Source: Acidobacteriota bacterium (GTDB taxonomy: Bacteria; Acidobacteriota; CAIWXX01). From it: a stretch of 37,674 nucleotides of DNA. The DNA lies in contig JBFMAF010000014.1 in assembly GCA_040755995.1 (NCBI GenBank), positions 1 to 37,674 on the forward strand. The letters run 5' to 3'. The notes beneath the pieces are model-generated. The model had not been told where the DNA came from, ran no database searches, and was given only the letters and a program-made list of their open reading frames with translations. Made by a program: the position numbers and the translations under genes. Positions within the stretch are counted from its first letter, which is position 1; each line of letters starts with the position of its first letter. Below are positions 27,223 to 35,784 of this stretch, one piece after another.

Positions 27223-28329
27223 ATGAAATTGTCATTTCTCATTTCATTCGCCCTTGCCAGCTTCTCCATACCTGCACAAGGACAAGCACCGCGCTTCGAT
27301 GAGGCAGCGGCCCAACGGTTCGCCGATCTTGCGCTGAAGTGTGTTCATCAGGAGTACCCCAACAAGATCGCGCACGTGATGGACAGCGATGAGGACGCGA
27401 AGCCGCCGCGCATGCTCACACCGGCCTTCTGCGGCTGCTTCGACTGGCACTCGGCCGTCCACGGCCACTGGCTCCTCGCGCGCCTCGCGCGTGTCTATCC
27501 GGAAGCGCCATTCGCAGCCGGCGCCCGTGACGCGCTCGCGCGCAGCCTGACGCCTGAGAACATCACCGCGGAAGCGGCCTACATGCAGAGGAAGGGGCGC
27601 GAGAGCTTCGAACGGCCCTACGGTCTCGCCTGGCTGCTCCAGCTCGCCACAGAGCTGCGCGAGTGGGACGATCCTCAGGCGCGCGCCTGGTCCGGGACGA
27701 TGCAACCGTTGGAGACTGCCGCCGCAGCTCGGCTGAAGCAATGGCTGCCGAAGCTCTCGCATCCGATCCGCGTGGGCGAGCACGACCAGACGGCGTTCGC
27801 GTTCGGGTTGATTCTCGACTGGGCGCGATGCGCCCGCGACCAGGAGATGGTCGATCTGATGGTGTCGAGGATCAAGGCATTCTATCTAAGCGACCGCAAC
27901 TGCCCGCTGTCGTACGAGCCGTCGGGCCATGACTTTCTCTCGCCGTGCCTGGCCGAGGCCGATCTTGTGCGGCGCGTGCTGGCTCCTCCGGAATTCGCCG
28001 CGTGGCTCGGCGGGTTTCTCCCGGGCATTCCGCTCGACGGCTCCGGCTCGTGGCTCGTTCCCGCGGTCGTGACGGATCCCACTGACGGGAAGCTCGCTCA
28101 CCTCGATGGGCTCAATCTCAGCCGGGCCTGGATGCTCGAAGGAATCGCGGCAGGATTGCCTCCGGGCGATCCGCGCATCGCCTCGCTTCGCGCGGCGGCC
28201 ACAGCGCATCGCGACTCCGGGCTCCGATCGGTCACCGGTGAGCACTACGAAGGTGGGCACTGGCTCGGCAGCTTTGCGGTCTACCTCGCGACGGGCCGAG
28301 GGCTACCGCCGGCGGCAGCCGCGAAGTAG
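27223..28329 (+). CDS. DUF2891 family protein, secreted
   Basis: Signal peptide, EYPNK, PAFCGCFDWHSAVHGHW, FERPYG, HLDGLNLSRAW and YEGGHWLGSFA. GAGGTG RBS. Confidence 0.88.
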   Translation: MKLSFLISFALASFSIPAQGQAPRFDEAAAQRFADLALKCVHQEYPNKIAHVMDSDEDAKPPRMLTPAFCGCFDWHSAVHGHWLLARLARVYPEAPFAAGARDALARSLTPENITAEAAYMQRKGRESFERPYGLAWLLQLATELREWDDPQARAWSGTMQPLETAAAARLKQWLPKLSHPIRVGEHDQTAFAFGLILDWARCARDQEMVDLMVSRIKAFYLSDRNCPLSYEPSGHDFLSPCLAEADLVRRVLAPPEFAAWLGGFLPGIPLDGSGSWLVPAVVTDPTDGKLAHLDGLNLSRAWMLEGIAAGLPPGDPRIASLRAAATAHRDSGLRSVTGEHYEGGHWLGSFAVYLATGRGLPPAAAAK

Positions 28330-28341
28330 GCGCCGCGCGCC

Positions 28342-29658
28342 TCAGCTCTTCTGTGCGGGCCTGCGGCGAAGGCTGTACAGGAGGGCGCCTACGGCGATCG
28401 CGATGCTGCCGGCGATCAGGTTCTTTCGCGTGGCGCTCGCGAGCAGCCCCAGGCAGAGCATCAACGCGAGGGCCGGAATGAGGTAGCCGCCGGGGAGTCG
28501 CACTCGCGCGTCCGGGAAGGCTCTGCGCAGCTTCGGAACAGCCGCGGCAGTGCCGATGTAGCTCGCCATTCGCGCGATCACCGAGAGCGCCGCGAGCTCG
28601 ACGAACGATCCCGTCAGAGCCAGCGGCAGAGCGATCACGGTCTGCACTGCGATGGCAACGGCCGGAGTGCGGAATCGCGGGTGCACAGCGGCCAGCGCGC
28701 GCGGGCCGAAGCCATCCACGGCCAGCGCGTAGAGGTAGCGCGGGCCGTGGAGGACTGACGCGCTGTTGGTGCCGAGTATCGATAGTGCGGCTCCAGCAGT
28801 CAGCAGCCATCCGCCCCACGGGCCGAAGATCGCGGCGGCGGCCTCGGCAAGCGGCGTCTTCGACGCGGCGAGGTCCGGCAGGGTTCCGAGCGCAACCAGC
28901 TGCACCAGGGAATAGAGCAGCGTGACGATGGCCATCTGAGCGAGAAGCGCGAATGGAACATCGCGGCGAGGATTCTTGTATTCGCCGGCCGTCGCCGGCG
29001 TGTTTTCGAACCCGGCGTAAGCAAAGAGCAGGAGCATCGCGGCCTCGCCCAGCCCTCGACTGCCAGGCGTCGAGATATGGCCCAATTGCGACCAGGAAAT
29101 CATGAACAGCCCGGGCACGACCACGATCAGCAAGGGCACGATCTTGACTATGGCCAGAAGGGCGCCCGTGCGCGCGCCCAGGTCGACTCCCAGCATATTG
29201 ATCGCGCCGAGCGCCAGGATCGGTATCGCGATGGCCGCGATTCTGCCGCCGCCGGCGTCGGCTCCGGGCCAGAGGTAGCCGAGCGCCTGGGCGAAACCCG
29301 CGGAGAGCGAGGCAACCGAAGTCACGCGCGCGAGCCACGCCATCCACCCGACCTCGAAACCGACGAACGTTCCGAAGGCGTGCCGAGTGTACAGGTACGC
29401 GCCGCCGGGGCTCTCGAAGTGCGAAGATGCTTCCGCGAAGCAGAGCACGATCAGCATGACCGCGAGTCCGGCGACGATCACCGCGAGCAAACTCGCGGCG
29501 CCGAGGATGGCCGCCGCGGCGGCCGGTAGAAGGTACACTCCGCTTCCGATGACATCGTTGAGCACGAGGGCCAGGATCTCCCAGCGAGAGACGACTCGTT
29601 TCAGTGGCGGGGCGGATTCGACGGCCTGCCCCATGTCACTGCTCATGGCAGCCCTCAT
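28342..29658 (-). CDS. APC family amino acid permease
   Basis: VIGSGVY, CFAEASS, GGAYLY...AFG...GF.VGW, FAYAGFE, EYKNPRRDVP and HPRFRTP, with about 12 TMs. Start may be a few codons downstream. Confidence 0.92.
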   Translation of the reverse strand: MRAAMSSDMGQAVESAPPLKRVVSRWEILALVLNDVIGSGVYLLPAAAAAILGAASLLAVIVAGLAVMLIVLCFAEASSHFESPGGAYLYTRHAFGTFVGFEVGWMAWLARVTSVASLSAGFAQALGYLWPGADAGGGRIAAIAIPILALGAINMLGVDLGARTGALLAIVKIVPLLIVVVPGLFMISWSQLGHISTPGSRGLGEAAMLLLFAYAGFENTPATAGEYKNPRRDVPFALLAQMAIVTLLYSLVQLVALGTLPDLAASKTPLAEAAAAIFGPWGGWLLTAGAALSILGTNSASVLHGPRYLYALAVDGFGPRALAAVHPRFRTPAVAIAVQTVIALPLALTGSFVELAALSVIARMASYIGTAAAVPKLRRAFPDARVRLPGGYLIPALALMLCLGLLASATRKNLIAGSIAIAVGALLYSLRRRPAQKS

Positions 29659-29683
29659 CGACTTTCCGGCCGACCAACGCTTG

Positions 29684-30202
29684 CTACTCGACTGAATGCA
29701 CGAGATCCGAGAGTGATCGTCGCGGCGTCTTGAGCGGCGTCTCGGCCGGGTAGCCGATCGGGAGTATCGCCACCGGCACGAGGTCGGCCCCGATACCGAT
29801 GGCGCGGCGGACGGCGTTGTCGTCGAACGCGCCCACCCAGACGCTCGCGAGCCCGAGTGCCGTCGCTGCCAGCTGCGCGTAGGCGCAAGCGATGGTCGCG
29901 TCTTGAACGCAGTATAGATTCATGCCCCGGCGGCCATACCGTCCTGCCGACCGCGCGGGGTGCGCACAGAACACCAGTGCGGCGGGGGCCTCTGATATGA
30001 AGTACTGTTCGAGCGCCGCCCGCGCCAGCGCGAGACGGTGAGTTCGCTGGCGGACCTCGAAGACTTCGTACGCCTGCAGGTTACCCGCAGATGGAGCGAT
30101 ATTGACCGCGTCGAGAATCGCCTTCCACTTCTCGGGCTCGATCGCCTTCGACTCGAAGGCCCTCACCGATCGCCGTATTCGGATCACATCGAAGAAGTCC
30201 AT
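29684..30202 (-). CDS. Nitroreductase family protein
   Basis: RRSVRAF, APSAGNLQ, LAATALGLASVWVG and PIGYP. AGGAGG RBS. Confidence 0.93.
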   Translation of the reverse strand: MDFFDVIRIRRSVRAFESKAIEPEKWKAILDAVNIAPSAGNLQAYEVFEVRQRTHRLALARAALEQYFISEAPAALVFCAHPARSAGRYGRRGMNLYCVQDATIACAYAQLAATALGLASVWVGAFDDNAVRRAIGIGADLVPVAILPIGYPAETPLKTPRRSLSDLVHSVE

Positions 30203-30232
30203 CGGGTTGCCTCCTGTTCAGCCCCCAGCGCG

Positions 30233-31315
30233 TTACGCTTCCCCGCGCAGCAGGTGCGCGTTGCCGATCCGCACGTTCGTGAGCCCGGCTGCGCGTGCGG
30301 CGGCTTCGGCCTCGCGTGCGTGACGAAAGCTGGTGCACGGTAGGTCGCGCATGAAGAAGTGCGGCGCGAACCCCAGCAAAGCGTACGGGATGCCGGGATC
30401 ATGCGATGCGATGAATCGGGCGATCTTCGCTACTTCTGCCGCATCGACGTAGCCCGGGACGAGCAGCGTGCTCGCGATGACGAGCGGTGGGTTGGGTCTC
30501 TCGCGGCTGCGACTTGCGGCGCGGGCGAAGTTGTCGAGCGTGCGGCGATTCGAAAGACCGGTGAGTGCGATGTGGAGCCCTTCGTCGAAAGCCTTCAGAT
30601 CGAACTTGATGCAGCCGCCGGTCTCGATGGAGTAGCGCAGTGCTGCGTCGAGAAACCGCGGGTGCTCTGTGCCGTTCGTTTCCCAGCAGATACGGATGCG
30701 TCGCTCAGCCAGGAGTCCGGATGTGGCGAGGGCGTGGGGCATCTGGGAGGCCGGGTCGCCGCCGAAGTAGCACACGCAGAAGGTGCGCGGGTTCGCAGTC
30801 GCAGCGAGCTCCGCGGCGCTGATCGTGCGCTCGCGCGCGGGCGACATCTCCCGGTAGTGCCAGTTCTGGCAGAAGAGGCAGTCGAATGTGCAGCTGCCGT
30901 AGAACACGGCCAGGTTGTGGTAGCCGGGCTTTGTGCCGCCCTCGCATACCCAGTCCGCAACGCAATTCGTCGGCAGCGGGTCTCGATACCAGTGAACCAG
31001 GCCTCGATCGGGGACGCCCGCGAGATGGCGGAGCCTTCCCCGGTCGACCACTCGCATCCCGCAGTAGCCGCGTTCCCCTTCTGCCATCACGCAATCCTGA
31101 GCGCAGAGGCCGCAGCGCACGCCGCACGCCGCACGCGGCCCCGCCGCGGGCAAGCGGAAGGCGCTCCGCGAAGCAGCGTGTGCCGCCGACGCAATCCGTC
31201 GCGCCAAGTGCTGGTCACTGCGAATGCAATCGACGCACACTCCGAGCCGCTCTGCCACCAGTCCGGCATGGCCACAACAAAGGCACGTGGAACCGGTAGC
31301 CCCTCGCTCTCTCAT
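30233..31315 (-). CDS. Radical SAM protein (PFL-activase/AmmeMemoRadiSam-like) with a Cys-rich N-terminus
   Basis: CxxxCxxC (CTFDCLFC)QNW, YFGGDP, WETNG, FDLKA and NVRIGN, plus extra CxxC pairs at the N-terminus. Confidence 0.9.
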   Translation of the reverse strand: MRERGATGSTCLCCGHAGLVAERLGVCVDCIRSDQHLARRIASAAHAASRSAFRLPAAGPRAACGVRCGLCAQDCVMAEGERGYCGMRVVDRGRLRHLAGVPDRGLVHWYRDPLPTNCVADWVCEGGTKPGYHNLAVFYGSCTFDCLFCQNWHYREMSPARERTISAAELAATANPRTFCVCYFGGDPASQMPHALATSGLLAERRIRICWETNGTEHPRFLDAALRYSIETGGCIKFDLKAFDEGLHIALTGLSNRRTLDNFARAASRSRERPNPPLVIASTLLVPGYVDAAEVAKIARFIASHDPGIPYALLGFAPHFFMRDLPCTSFRHAREAEAAARAAGLTNVRIGNAHLLRGEA

Positions 31316-31397
31316 TCTTCCTCGGATGACCCGACGCTCTTAGCCTAACCGAGCCGCCCCGCCCGCGGAAGACCCACGCGCGACTAGGTCACGACCG

Positions 31398-32084
31398 CTA
31401 TGGGGCGAGTGGAGTTAGGCGGCCGATGTCTGTTATGAAGCGGTCGGATTCGGTACACAGTTTTCGCACCAACGCCAGTTCGTTGGCAACGTGCGCCGCC
31501 AGCGACTCGTACTTGCTCCTTGGCTTGAGAACTCGCCCATCTTTCATTCGGAGATGCTTCTTCTGCCAGAGCAGACGCTCGACGGCCTTGTCACATTCCA
31601 GGTCTTGAACAGGGATTCGTAGAGCGGCAACCACCCATGCGTCGGTGGACTTGGATGGCGTTGCGAATGCCAGAAAACCAGGCATCTCCCTCAGGCCTAG
31701 CCAATCCCGTATGACCACACGTCGCAGTTGATCCGTAGTAGCTCGTGCCGGCGGGCATGGCCTTTCGGCGCCCACCTTGTCCGCCATGCTCGCGTCGATA
31801 TGGATCCCGAGCGCATCGTACTCATCCCCGACGACTGCTCTCATGAAAAGCCGCAGCGTATCGCCGTAGTCCTCGCACCATGCCTTGACGCCTCTCCATC
31901 CAGTGCCGCGTCCCCCAGTGCCCGCGGCGCGATGATACTCGGGATAGGCAGCCAGAGGTACCTCAGGGTGAACTGGCACAACCTCCGCACCCGGGAACAC
32001 CTTCCGGATGACGGCGCGCAAGACGAGATAGTCGCTTGGACCTTCTGTGACTACCGCAAACCGCCCGGGGCGCCGAGATGTCAT
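31398..32084 (-). CDS. Hypothetical TOPRIM-like protein (DUF4276/RloB-like), partner of the ATPase
   Basis: N-terminal AVVTEGPSD, GWRGVKAWC, GIHIDAS and PSKSTDAW. ATGA overlap with the upstream ATPase. Confidence 0.65.
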   Translation of the reverse strand: MTSRRPGRFAVVTEGPSDYLVLRAVIRKVFPGAEVVPVHPEVPLAAYPEYHRAAGTGGRGTGWRGVKAWCEDYGDTLRLFMRAVVGDEYDALGIHIDASMADKVGAERPCPPARATTDQLRRVVIRDWLGLREMPGFLAFATPSKSTDAWVVAALRIPVQDLECDKAVERLLWQKKHLRMKDGRVLKPRSKYESLAAHVANELALVRKLCTESDRFITDIGRLTPLAP

Positions 32085-33313
32085 AGCTCCGGAACCGCGC
32101 CCAGCCGTCCCATAGTCCAGAGGCGGGACAGGCTATACTTCTCACCACCGTGAGCCAGGATCGCCGGGCTGATCCGGATCAATCTCGGGGACGTTGCGCC
32201 GGTCCCTGGGTTTCGCTCCACTGCGTACAGGCGTATGCGATCGTCTGACAGGTCCAGGCCGTCGAGTGCACTTGGCTGGTGCGTTGTCAGAAACACCTGA
32301 CGTTGGGTTGGACCGGAGAGAACAAGATCGATGAACCGCTTCGCAATCTTGCCCGCCAGTCGCGGATTGAGGGAGGCGTCGAAGTTGTCGATCGCGAGCA
32401 TCCGAGGTGATTCTCCATGCATGGCCAGCACCAACATGAAGAGCACGTAGAGAGCCCCCTCGCTGGCATCATATCCGCTGAGAACGCTGCGCTCCGGTAT
32501 CATACGCCGATCCGTGAATCGCACCACGAACCGGGCCGTAGGGACACTTGGCGAAAGGAGTTGGCGAGAGGGTGGGCTGATCGACAGGTCACTTGCCCAG
32601 TCCAGTAGCTCGAACAACTCTGCGAGCTGGATGTCGCCGAATGTTTCGGCCTTTCGGTCCAGCAATGGCCCGAGCGCCTCGGGTAGGCGACCACCAAACA
32701 AGCCCACCGGGGCCCTCGGCGCCGGGTCAGGCGCGATTCCGCGCAGAACGGGCGTCACTGGGGCGAAGATCGCGAAATCGATGAGTGCATCGAAGAAGCT
32801 CGCCGGTTCACCACTGAACTCGTCTGTTCCGCGTGCCAGGGCCGCCAGCCCAGTCTCACGGTTCGGCGCGAGATCGCCAGACTTCCCCCATCTCTTGCCA
32901 GCGAGATAGCCTCCTCGTACGCCACGAGTCAGAAGAGAAGTCCCCCGGAATCGGACGGACTCTGTCGTGTAGCCCCATGCCGGCTTTGGCTCGCTCAGCG
33001 GGTTGTTGATTCCCACGGCATATCGAACGCCCTGAGAGCCTCCCCATTCGCCTTCCAGGTAGATCGCGGGCGGGACCCTGGTGCCTTTCAACGATGTCTT
33101 GTAAAGCGCAGGGACTCCGGGGCGAACGCCGCGACGCAGCAGGGACTGATCGTCGATACGGCCACTGGCGGCCGCGCCGAGAAGACCTATGGCCTCGAGA
33201 AGGTTGCTCTTTCCCGAACCGTTCGCGCCGATGAAAACATTGACCTGGCCAAGATGCAGATCCCTGAGCATGCCCAGCGACTTGAACCCATTGACCGTGA
33301 GTTGTGTCAGCAT
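32081..33313 (-). CDS. ABC/SMC-like ATPase (AAA_21/AAA_15 type)
   Basis: LTVNGFKSL, Walker A GANGSGKS, signature ASEG, Walker B LAIDNFD and H-loop LTTHQP. TAAGGAG RBS. Confidence 0.88.
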   Translation of the reverse strand: MLTQLTVNGFKSLGMLRDLHLGQVNVFIGANGSGKSNLLEAIGLLGAAASGRIDDQSLLRRGVRPGVPALYKTSLKGTRVPPAIYLEGEWGGSQGVRYAVGINNPLSEPKPAWGYTTESVRFRGTSLLTRGVRGGYLAGKRWGKSGDLAPNRETGLAALARGTDEFSGEPASFFDALIDFAIFAPVTPVLRGIAPDPAPRAPVGLFGGRLPEALGPLLDRKAETFGDIQLAELFELLDWASDLSISPPSRQLLSPSVPTARFVVRFTDRRMIPERSVLSGYDASEGALYVLFMLVLAMHGESPRMLAIDNFDASLNPRLAGKIAKRFIDLVLSGPTQRQVFLTTHQPSALDGLDLSDDRIRLYAVERNPGTGATSPRLIRISPAILAHGGEKYSLSRLWTMGRLGAVPEL

Positions 33314-33623
33314 TGTCGGTCTCCTTACAGCTGCGCCGCGTTTACCATTATCTCACACCTGGGCACCGCGCGTGCCATGGCTGGTTCTTCCCATGCGCTG
33401 CGGCGCACATTGAGATCGCGTTCACGCCAAGACGCCTGCCGACCGCGGCCGAGCCCGACCTGGACAGGTGCAACTCCGGTGTGGCAGGAGTCGGGCGCGT
33501 GAGATAACTTCTCCCGTTCCTATGAGTGGTCTTCCTCTCTTGCAGTCGCCTCGCACACGAGACCCGGTGCTCGACGTGTGCTACGATGACCCGCAGCCGC
33601 GTGGCGCAGGCTGGAGGACATCA

Positions 33624-34976
33624 ATGACGATCTTGCTCGTTATCGCCCTTCTCACTTTCTCGATAGCCGGCACAGCCGGCTCGACGCCGGATCAACCTCC
33701 CGATCCGTACGTGCCCGAGACCGGCCCTTTTACTCAAGAGCAGCTCATCAATTACGCGCGAACGTATGGCACTCCGCTATACGTCTACGATGGAAACCTG
33801 ATTCAACAGAAGCTGAAGCGTTTTCGAGGTGCGTTCGAGGCTCAGTATCCGAGCGTCAAGGTCTTCTACGCCCTGAAGGCGAATACGAACATGGCCATCG
33901 TCTCTCTGCTCAGGAATGCCGGGGCCGAGTGCATCTCACTCGGCGAGATGCAGATCGCCGTGCGCCTGGGCTTTCGCGGTGAGGACATGCTGTTCACGTC
34001 CAGTGCGAAGACTCCCGAGGAGCTGAGGTTCGCCATCGAGCACGGCGTCACGATCAACCTGGATTCCTTCGGAGACCTGGAAAACCTCCGCAAGGAATGC
34101 GAATCGCGCGGGAAGCGGGCCAGGATCTCGTTCAGGGTCAACCCGGATGTCGATCCGCATACTCACAGGTTCATCGCCACGGGCCACCGCTTTTCGAAAT
34201 TCGGGATCCTGCTGGAGAACGACGAGATCATCAGGGCATACGAAGTCGCCCGTGCCTGTCGTTGGTTCGAGATCTGCGGGATACAGAGTCATATCGGATC
34301 CCAGATCACTGAGCTCGAGCCGTTTGAACGGAATGCAAGGCTGCTTGCCGAGGTGGTGAGAAAGCTCAGAGAGCGGCTCGGGATCGAGCTGAGGTTCGTC
34401 AATCTTGGCGGTGGGCTGGGCATTCCGTATCACGATGGCCAGGAGGTTCTCACGCCGGAGCGACTCGCGGAGGGTGTCTGCCGGGTTCTCAAGGAGGAGC
34501 TGAAGGGCTTGCCGCGCCTGCCTGCGTTGTGGCTGGAGCCCGGGCGCTATCTGGTGGGCGACTCAGGCGTTCTGCTGGCGACCGTCATTTCGGTGAAAGA
34601 CACTCCGTATCGAGACTTCATCAACGTCAACACGGGATTCAACCACCTGGTGCGCCCCCTTCTCTACGACGCGTATCATCGCGTCAGGGTTCTGGGCCGC
34701 AGCGCCGACCTCAAGCTCTACGACGTAGCGGGTAACATTTGTGAGACCGGGGACATCCTGGCCTGCGACCGCCTGCTACCTACACCCGCTTCGGGCGACA
34801 TCGTCGCCTTTCTCGATGCCGGGGCATACGGGTTCTCGATGGCCTCTTCCTACAACAGCTTCGACCTGCCTGCCGAGATCCTCGTCCGTGGCGACAAGGT
34901 CGACCTCATCCGCAGACGAGGTGACCTCGAGGAGTTGCTGCGGAGCCAGTCACTGCCCGAAGATTTACGCAGGTAG
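33624..34976 (+). CDS. lysA: Diaminopimelate decarboxylase with a hydrophobic N-terminal extension
   Basis: GTPLYVYD, YALKAN (PLP lysine), RVNPDVD..TH..IATG...SKFG, HIGSQ, NLGGG, EPGRY, CETGD, AGAYG and MASSYN. GGAGGA RBS before ATG 33624. Confidence 0.9.
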   Translation: MTILLVIALLTFSIAGTAGSTPDQPPDPYVPETGPFTQEQLINYARTYGTPLYVYDGNLIQQKLKRFRGAFEAQYPSVKVFYALKANTNMAIVSLLRNAGAECISLGEMQIAVRLGFRGEDMLFTSSAKTPEELRFAIEHGVTINLDSFGDLENLRKECESRGKRARISFRVNPDVDPHTHRFIATGHRFSKFGILLENDEIIRAYEVARACRWFEICGIQSHIGSQITELEPFERNARLLAEVVRKLRERLGIELRFVNLGGGLGIPYHDGQEVLTPERLAEGVCRVLKEELKGLPRLPALWLEPGRYLVGDSGVLLATVISVKDTPYRDFINVNTGFNHLVRPLLYDAYHRVRVLGRSADLKLYDVAGNICETGDILACDRLLPTPASGDIVAFLDAGAYGFSMASSYNSFDLPAEILVRGDKVDLIRRRGDLEELLRSQSLPEDLRR

Positions 34977-35071
34977 CGCCGCCGCGGCGCCGGCGATCGA
35001 CAGGTCACAGCATGCCTTCCTGATCGGCCGGGCCGCGCATCGGCGCAGCCTGACCTCCCGAATGGCCACCG

Positions 35072-35704
35072 CTATGCGCCGCCTGGGCAGACAGCGGCTT
35101 CGTCAAGCTCAGCGCCGTTCTTGTCGATCAGAAACGTGCGGCCGTCGCGCTTGACGTGCGCGCAGCCGCCGGAGAACGCGCCCGCCTCGTCGAATTGGGC
35201 GGGGATGACCACTTCACCCTTCGCGTCGATGTAGCCCCATCTTCCGCCCACGACGCGGATGTGTTCCCCTTCGGGTGCCTGCGTGCATCCCATACAGAAT
35301 GACGCCAGTCCCTCCTGAAAGGGCGTTGCGTAATCGAACGAGGGCGGAATTACCTTTCGGCCATCCTCTTCGAAGAACCCGATCTTGCCCTTCTCGATGT
35401 ACCGTGCCAGCCCGTCGGAGAAGTAGTCCGGCCCGTTGTCGACCACGAGCGGGCGCAGCAGCACGCCGCCGTCCAGTCCCACGTAGGCCCAGCCCTGCTC
35501 GTCTACCACTGCCGCGATTCCTTTGCTCGAGAACGGCTGGGCCAGCACGAAGCGAGGAGCGATCTTGACATTCCCCTTGGCGTCCACGTATCCCCACGCG
35601 CCATCCTTCTCGAACGGCACAGGCAGCTCCGACGGCGGCTGGTCGGCCCAGGCCAGCCACGCCGCGAGGACCAGGATGAATGCTGTGCTGGTTGTGTTGC
35701 TCAT
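35072..35704 (-). CDS. WG-repeat-containing secreted protein
   Basis: Signal peptide, then repeats WGYVDAKG..I.P.F..A.PF, GKIGFF...FDYATPFQEGLA and WGYIDAKGEVVIPAQFDEAGAFSGG. AGGAG RBS. Confidence 0.88.
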   Translation of the reverse strand: MSNTTSTAFILVLAAWLAWADQPPSELPVPFEKDGAWGYVDAKGNVKIAPRFVLAQPFSSKGIAAVVDEQGWAYVGLDGGVLLRPLVVDNGPDYFSDGLARYIEKGKIGFFEEDGRKVIPPSFDYATPFQEGLASFCMGCTQAPEGEHIRVVGGRWGYIDAKGEVVIPAQFDEAGAFSGGCAHVKRDGRTFLIDKNGAELDEAAVCPGGA

Positions 35705-35784
35705 CTCGACTCCTAGACTTCCGAATGTAGAATAACTTGCCCGTTCACCGCATTCATCGGTCGCGCCACCATGCCGGCTCTTGC

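Noticed and set aside
33468..33623. Longer 502-aa LysA start given by the ORF track
   Set aside because: The extra 52 codons lack an RBS and look non-coding. ATG 33624 has a strong GGAGGA.
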